DNA of 64,000 bases from the human T2T-CHM13v2.0 reference genome, Homo sapiens, in NCBI RefSeq assembly GCF_009914755.1, contig NC_060937.1; one strand, 5' to 3'. Of the stretch, positions 57,300 through 64,000 are shown piece after piece. Both the position numbers and the translations under genes were made by a program. How positions within the stretch are numbered: position 1 is the stretch's first letter; every line of letters begins with the position of its first letter. The notes under the pieces were generated by a model. The model had not been told where the DNA came from. It saw only the letters and a list, made by a program, of their open reading frames with translations, and searched no databases.

Positions 57300-59929
57300 C
57301 AGCCACTAGACTGTGGGCCAAAAGAAGCCATTGTTGGGAAGTGTATCCCATGCCATTGATGTATCACATTTCTCCTTTCTTGGTCATCTCCTAAGAGCAT
57401 TGCAACGCTCCTCTAAGTATTTCCAACTCTTTGCATTCAGAGTGGAACAGACTTTGACAGTAATGTTTTCTGTAGAAAAGGCTCTGCTTGCCAGAATACT
57501 CAGTTCCTATTCTCATTCTCTTCCTCTCTTCCCTCATTATTACATTTTAGCAATAGGTTGAACATGAAAAAATAGCAGAAATGAAGGGTTAATGATTAAA
57601 GTACTTTAAAACCTTTACTCATAGAAAGAAGGAAATTACATGTTTGATCTGTCTCTTACTTCAATGATTAAATCTTTTTGCGAAATTGTAACAATGTACT
57701 CATAAGAATTATTCTCTCTCTTCAATGTGAAAGAACACTTTACAATTAAACCCATTGCATCCCATCAAGGTTTCCTCTTAAGCAACATAATTGTTCTGTC
57801 CTATTCGTGGTATATTTTAATATTCTCCTTGAGACTAAATTAATTAGGTTTTCATGTTGTCAAATGTTTTTGAAATGACCTGTATATGACAACGTAGACA
57901 TTGTGATTTCTAACTACAAGAGAGAAAGTATAATGAAAGAAAATATCTTTTTGTTACTAAGTTTGTAGGAAGAAATTTGGGATTCTTAAGCAGGGAAGAA
58001 TGCTATTATGTATTATTTATCTTCCTAAGCATGATATTTAGAATTTCCTAAAACATACTTCTTGGAAATCTGTGTTTACCTTCTTTCAGCCATGATCCAT
58101 GGAAATTGTTCTTTTTGTGAATGATAGTTTGTTATTAGTTTGAATTCTTAAAAAGTGTGTTTTTAATTTTTATGGATACATAATAGTCATACATATTTAT
58201 GATAAAAAGGATGCTATAATGTGACATAGTTCCTGGGAAGTGAACTCTGTACAGCTTCAAGCATGTCAGTTTCTGTCTGTTGTGATTTATCTATGTCTAG
58301 CAATGGAAGGATACATGTTGCATTGTATAAAATGTATTATGGTGACTTTCTGGGCCAGGCTACAACCTAGGAAGAGTAGTAATTACTAACCACACAGAGG
58401 CACCCACTTCCTTAATTTTTGTCTTAATCATTTATTTTTACTTTAGTTTTTTTTTTTTTTTTTTTACTGGAAATAAAATTTGCAGCTTCAGGACTTAATA
58501 TTTTAATCCGGCACCATTTAGAAATTTTCAAACTGTTAGATCACCAGCCTTAGAAACCTTATGAATTTCCTCCACTTTAGTAGGAGCAAAAGTGAGAAAG
58601 CCAGCTCAGTTATGGCCAATTTGGCAATTTCCAGACTGATCGTCTGTGTCCAGCCTGTAGTTTTTCCTTCTATTTTCTTCTATATGATAATTTGCAATGA
58701 AAAAATTATAGTTTAGAGAATACTTATTTTCAACTTACTATATACCTGCTTGCATAAAAACAGTTACTATAAGCATAAATCTAGAGGAATTCTGATGTCG
58801 TTATGTTTCTAGTGCCTTTGAGAATTTGGAGAGGGCTTGGCTCCATTGTGCCTTGAAAAAACTAATTTTCTTTAAGGTATTTGTTAACAAATTGGTGTTT
58901 GTTCATTTCAGTACAGCCTTTTGTAAACCCTAAATTTAGCTAGGAGGTGGGGCAGGTGGGAGATTCATAGTCACTACATAAAAGAGCTTCAAGAAGATGT
59001 TATCAATTTAGAGGATGACTTTTGTGTTGGTTTTCTTCCTTTTATTTGAGTGAAATACTTTTGGAAAGAAAGACTGAAAGAAAAGAAAGGAAAAAAAGGA
59101 AGGAGGGAAGAAGAAAAAAAGCAAGCAGGATTTCTATTAGTAGTTTTCTCTACATAGACTAGGAAAATACAATAAAATAATGGCCAATTTATAAACCTTG
59201 AGCATTTATTGTTGATCATTACTGATGATGGATTCTACTATAGGTTCATCATGTATAGGTAGATATGTCCAAAGTCCATTGGCCTTATTGGAACAATGCA
59301 AATGAAAATTAGGACCGGCATGAACATCTGTATATACGAACAATCATTTTATTGTAGAGCTTTAATAAACATTACTGATCTGTAGGGTGTTACTTTTCTT
59401 CAACAGAAATTATTCATTTTTTATCTTTTTTTTCTTTTTTTGCTAACTGTTCTGCTTGGGAATTGTAGTAAGACACTGTGTTAACTTTTAATGCAGTTAC
59501 TTAGAACACTTCTCTCTCCCAAAACCTCCTGCAGGTTAGCCCTAAGAAGCTTACCATCATTCTCATCACTGTAATCCACCAGAGGAGAAGTAAACATGGC
59601 TTTGGCCCTTGGAAAAGTGATTTCAACTCTAACTTTGTGCTAGGACATTAAAAAACCACAGAAAGAAAGTCAGTGCAATTATCTTGTAGGCATACAGGCT
59701 GCCACCAAGTGTGGATAATGTCTGACCAAGCTATAAATCAGCAGAGCATGACAGGCCAATTCCCATTATCAAGAACCTCATGGGGCATCATAGTTTCATT
59801 GTAGTGGAATTTTGTTATTTTCAGAAACTTGATAAAATTATCTAGTTTTCAGGACTATAGATGACATATGTGGCATCCAGTTTTCTGGAGGTCGTAAGAA
59901 GGTAGAAAAGACCTACTGTGGAAGTAATA

Positions 59930-60420
59930 AAAGAGTACAGCAAGATTGTTGAATATAAGATCAACATATCAGAATCAATTTCTTTCCTACAACCTGGCAA
60001 TAACCCATTAGAAAATAGAATAAAAGAAAGGATTTCATTTAGAATTGCAATAATATCTATATAGTGTCTAAGAATAAACCTAACAAAGAATGCAAGAGCT
60101 TCAAGGAGAAATGTTTAATGAAAAGGCTAACTTTAAATTAATACATTTACCATGATACATTTATATCCAGAATCACCCACAAAATATATTTCAATGTATT
60201 TAATATAAAAGTATAAAGATGGACTAGAAGGGATATGTATCAAACTTACGCTTTGGAAATTAGGTTTGGAACTGATATTGGAATGATGGTCAAAGGAGAC
60301 TTCCGTTTTATCTTTGTATTACAAAAAAACTTTTTGTTTTATTTGCAATCTTCAATTTTTTAAAGAATTCACTCATATATTGTGTATTGAAAAAGTTTAT
60401 ACATGGAAATATTAGAACAC
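59930..60420 (+). mobile_element. Old L1ME fragments
   Basis: gaatataagatcaacatatcagaatcaatt..agaataaacctaacaaagaatg resembles L1 ORF2. Confidence 0.5.
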
Positions 60421-63400
60421 TAGAAGCAAATAGATTAGAATACCAATTCTGTATGCTGAGAATATGGGTGACTCTTATTTTCATTTTCTTTTTTGTTTTA
60501 ATATTTTCCAAATATTATCTCCCATTGTTTCAGAAAAAAAGGTGACTTGCTATAAATTCAGTCAGAGAAGATTAGGGGCTAAAGCCAGAATGTTAGGAAG
60601 AGGAGAAAAGAGCCAGGTGCATCACGACATTGTAAAAAAAAAAAAAGTTATAAAACAAAACAGAATTTGTACTCATCAAGCCAGGGTTGATGGTCTTCAC
60701 TATGGAATTCAGGCAAATTGTTTGCCCAATGTGGTTAATGATGAGTAGGGTCCCTCCATTTTCCACCGTTGTGCTTTTCCTGTTAACTGCTAGACCGAAA
60801 AAGGGATCCCTTCTAAAAGTTCTTTCTAACCTCCTAGAATATTACCTGACATTAAGTTTGTATGTTTACAATTGCTTTTCTCAGTTAAATAATTATGGAT
60901 AAAAACTTTGGTTCTATTGATTCAATACCTAGCTGTGCTTTTTTTCCAAGTATAATTCTATTTCCTTGTACTTAATGGAAAGCAGCATTATTATCCAGAG
61001 AATATCGAGACCATGATCTTCCCTACATAGAAGAGGCAAAAACAGAGGGAGGGAGAGAGAAGAAAAGCACTGTAATTCACTTGAGAAATGGCAACAGGAG
61101 AAAATAACTGTGGCTGGGCAACCTTGAAAAGTACAATATGTTAAAGGTAGTTAGCAGTAATACTATTTTTACTGGACAGTTCTATGTAGGCACAGAAGCG
61201 ATTAGAATCGGGGGAAGGCAGAGATGAAGCCAACAGGCCCAGGGTTGCAAGGCCTCTTATCCAGTTACTCAGAATATGAATGGAGCTGTTTATGTCTCTG
61301 CAGTGAGCAGGTTTCATTTCTCTGATGCAGTGTGTCTCCCGGGCTTGTTTCCTCACCTTCTTTCCCTTTTCAGCATTGCCCTTCTCTGGTGTTCACCATG
61401 GCTACCTCTTCAGCTGCACCTAGGACCCTGGAGACTCATCTCAAACATTCTACAAGCAGCAACTCCCAGCTAGTTTTAACTGTTCAACCTAGAATGGAGA
61501 CTGCATGTATTTAAAGAGAGGTATCAGAGAGTTTGGCCATTTCATAATGACTCAAAAGCTTTAGGTATCACATTTTAGATTACTTCAGAGAAGGAGAAGC
61601 TGTGGCTATCATAAGTGAGTGTTATACCTGCATGCCCCTCTTCTGTCTGGGTGCATTTTAAATATGAGATAGATAAATCCTTTCTGGAAAGCACAGACAT
61701 AAAAAAATCAATAATCAATTTACTTTTACCTATTGCTGCACAGATAATAAAGCAGAGGAATTTCACTTTTCTTCATAAGAATTTTTCTTTTCCCCAAATA
61801 CAAATTTTCTCTCCAAAGCTTTTCTTTTAGTTCTATAGAAGAAGTAGGCTTCAAGTAGATTCTAATATGTTGTTAATTCCCATGGTCCTCATTTTAATGA
61901 GTGGCACTGGTTCAAGGTAGAAACATCATAGCAGCTAGCCTGCAGCTAGGGGCCAGGGCCTAGAGTGGCCCCAGTGGATGGGAGCAGGTCGCTAGTACTG
62001 ACAGTGAACATTCAGAACAGTGAGTTAGGAATCTGTGAACCCAGAGGGCTTCCTATCTATCAGTAGTTATGAATCTCACATTTATGGATTTGGTGCTTGT
62101 ACTTCAGAGAAAATGAAGGCTGTTTCATAAAAGAACATTGCTGGAAAAATTTCATACAGAATATGCTTTTCATAATAGCAATGAAAAGTAGAAGTTGTGT
62201 GGAGAATAAAATCACCATATGCAGAAAAAAAGGTTTAACTGAAAATTCAGCAGTGAATACAATAATAAGCAGAAGGCATTTTATGGATTTTTTTTTTTTT
62301 TTCAAAAATCATCCAGTTCTGATTTGGTCTTAGTCTGAGTTTGATAACTGGTTACCATTCCTGTGCCATGTTGAGTAGACTCTCATTTGCTCAACATCAT
62401 TGGGTAATGATGTATTTTGTGTGCACACATTTCCTAGGTAATTGAAGACTAACCTTTTAAGAATTAAAACGTCTAATACGGCTTAGGTAAAAATCTTTTC
62501 ACTTTATAATCCTTTAAAATTGAGTCCACGGAACACTGTTCAGCATTTTTTTGACAACCAAGATTCATCTTTGACAATTTCATGCATTGTATTATGGTGA
62601 AATGCAATGATGTTTCTCCTGGCATGTTGTTTACAGTGGTTTATGTCCATACTAACTGATGCTGGATTGTTCTGTTTGAGGTCTGTTGTCTTCCTCCTCC
62701 CCACCCCCCGCCACCCCCTAGTTCTCTCTTTTGTCAAATTGTAATGTTATATTGACTATGTCAGTGTGTTCTCCTTTCTGGATTATTAAAATTTTATGTG
62801 GAAAGAGAAACCGGATAACCAAATGTATTAGAAGAAAATAAGGGAATAGGTATATGGGTTCTGAGGATCTCTGTAATGAGTAAAGTTCATGAACTTTCCA
62901 TTGTATATATGTTGTGGAATTTATCCTCCACCTTTAGGAACAACAACCAAGCTTCTAGAGAAATGGCCTATGTTTTCTACCTTGGCCAGTTCCTCATACT
63001 TCTTAACCCACTGATTTTTCTCCCCTTTAGAGACTGAGACTCCTCTTACTTTGATTATTATAACATTTTCTCTTTTAATTATTCCTTCTCAGTTCTCTTT
63101 GGTGCCTCTTCTTTGTCTCCCCTCTTGTATGACATTTAAGTCTCAGCCCTCATCTTTCTGCTCTGTCTTGGCCAGCCATCAGAAGGGGATATTGCTAAGG
63201 GTCCTTGGGGCCTATTATTGGAAGGGAGAAAGACTAGTGGGAGCAGGAATGGTCAGCAGAGGGAGAAAGAGCTCAAAAGGCCAGGGAAAGGAGCAAGCTG
63301 CAACTCTGGAAGACTGAGTGTGTGGTATGGTCAGATAAATAACAGGATGGTAGAGGAAGGCTAATCTGAATAGATGTAGAAGCTAGGGCCAGACTCAGCT

Positions 63401-64000
63401 AGGAGATTTAGGTACAAGGATGCATCAGAGTCCAGGGAGGATACTCGGTAGCTGACAAAATGTGAGCACTGGGCACATACCACTCCAGCAAGCATCTTTC
63501 AGAAGCTACTTAATGTCCAAAGGTGGAGAGAATACAACTGAGCTCTTCAGGTTCAAGCTCAGAGCAAAGTGACTAGCACACAACTCTGCTAGCTCCTAGC
63601 TGCACCACCCTATTTCACTCTTTATTTTAGAGAGAGGATCAGTATAGGTACCAGTCTATTTAGAAAAGCGATTGAGGAAGGGAAAAGCAAATACAGTCAT
63701 GTGCTGCACAATAATTTTATAGAGAGTTCCATCGCCTCAACCCATGATAGGTTCCATATCGATGTTCCTTCAATATTTATTGAGTTTCAGGTATGGGCCA
63801 GGCTTAAGTTGGGCATATTGTGGATACAAAGATGGGTAAGTAGACAAGGTCCTTGTTCTTAAATTTAAGCCAACACCTGCCACAACCTTCTAAAGGACAA
63901 CAATATGCCCCTGCCTAGCATAATGCAACTATTTTTGGTATACATGAAATCCTTTCCCCAAAAGGTAAGACCTAAAACCCTATCAGTTACCACATCATCT

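Overview
AT-rich, CpG-depleted primate (most likely human or great ape) non-coding DNA dominated by interspersed repeats. I recognise no cellular protein-coding gene, RNA gene or CRISPR array, and nearly all ORFs in the track are repeat-derived or chance ORFs. The main feature is a full-length (~6.05 kb) L1PA2-like LINE-1 on the + strand (38897-44944) with a 14-bp target-site duplication. It has a frameshifted ORF1, an ORF2 that stays open for 791 codons through the endonuclease and RT catalytic core, and an intact antisense ORF0. Other repeats include an old L1 5' end with a ~112-bp monomer array, a 5'-inverted L1 with a ~2.9-kb internal gap, several solo LTRs with clean TSDs, four Alus plus an Alu monomer, DNA-transposon fossils and microsatellites. 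Unique sequence contains candidate spliced non-coding exons (12.8-14.5, 19.0 and 53.2 kb on +; 24.2 kb on -) and motif clusters typical of enhancers (paired E-boxes, a full CRE, six TAATTA sites, a PBX-HOX/MEIS module). I found no evidence for a genuinely new biological system. Repeat subfamily names come from recalled consensus sequences and need RepeatMasker/Dfam confirmation.
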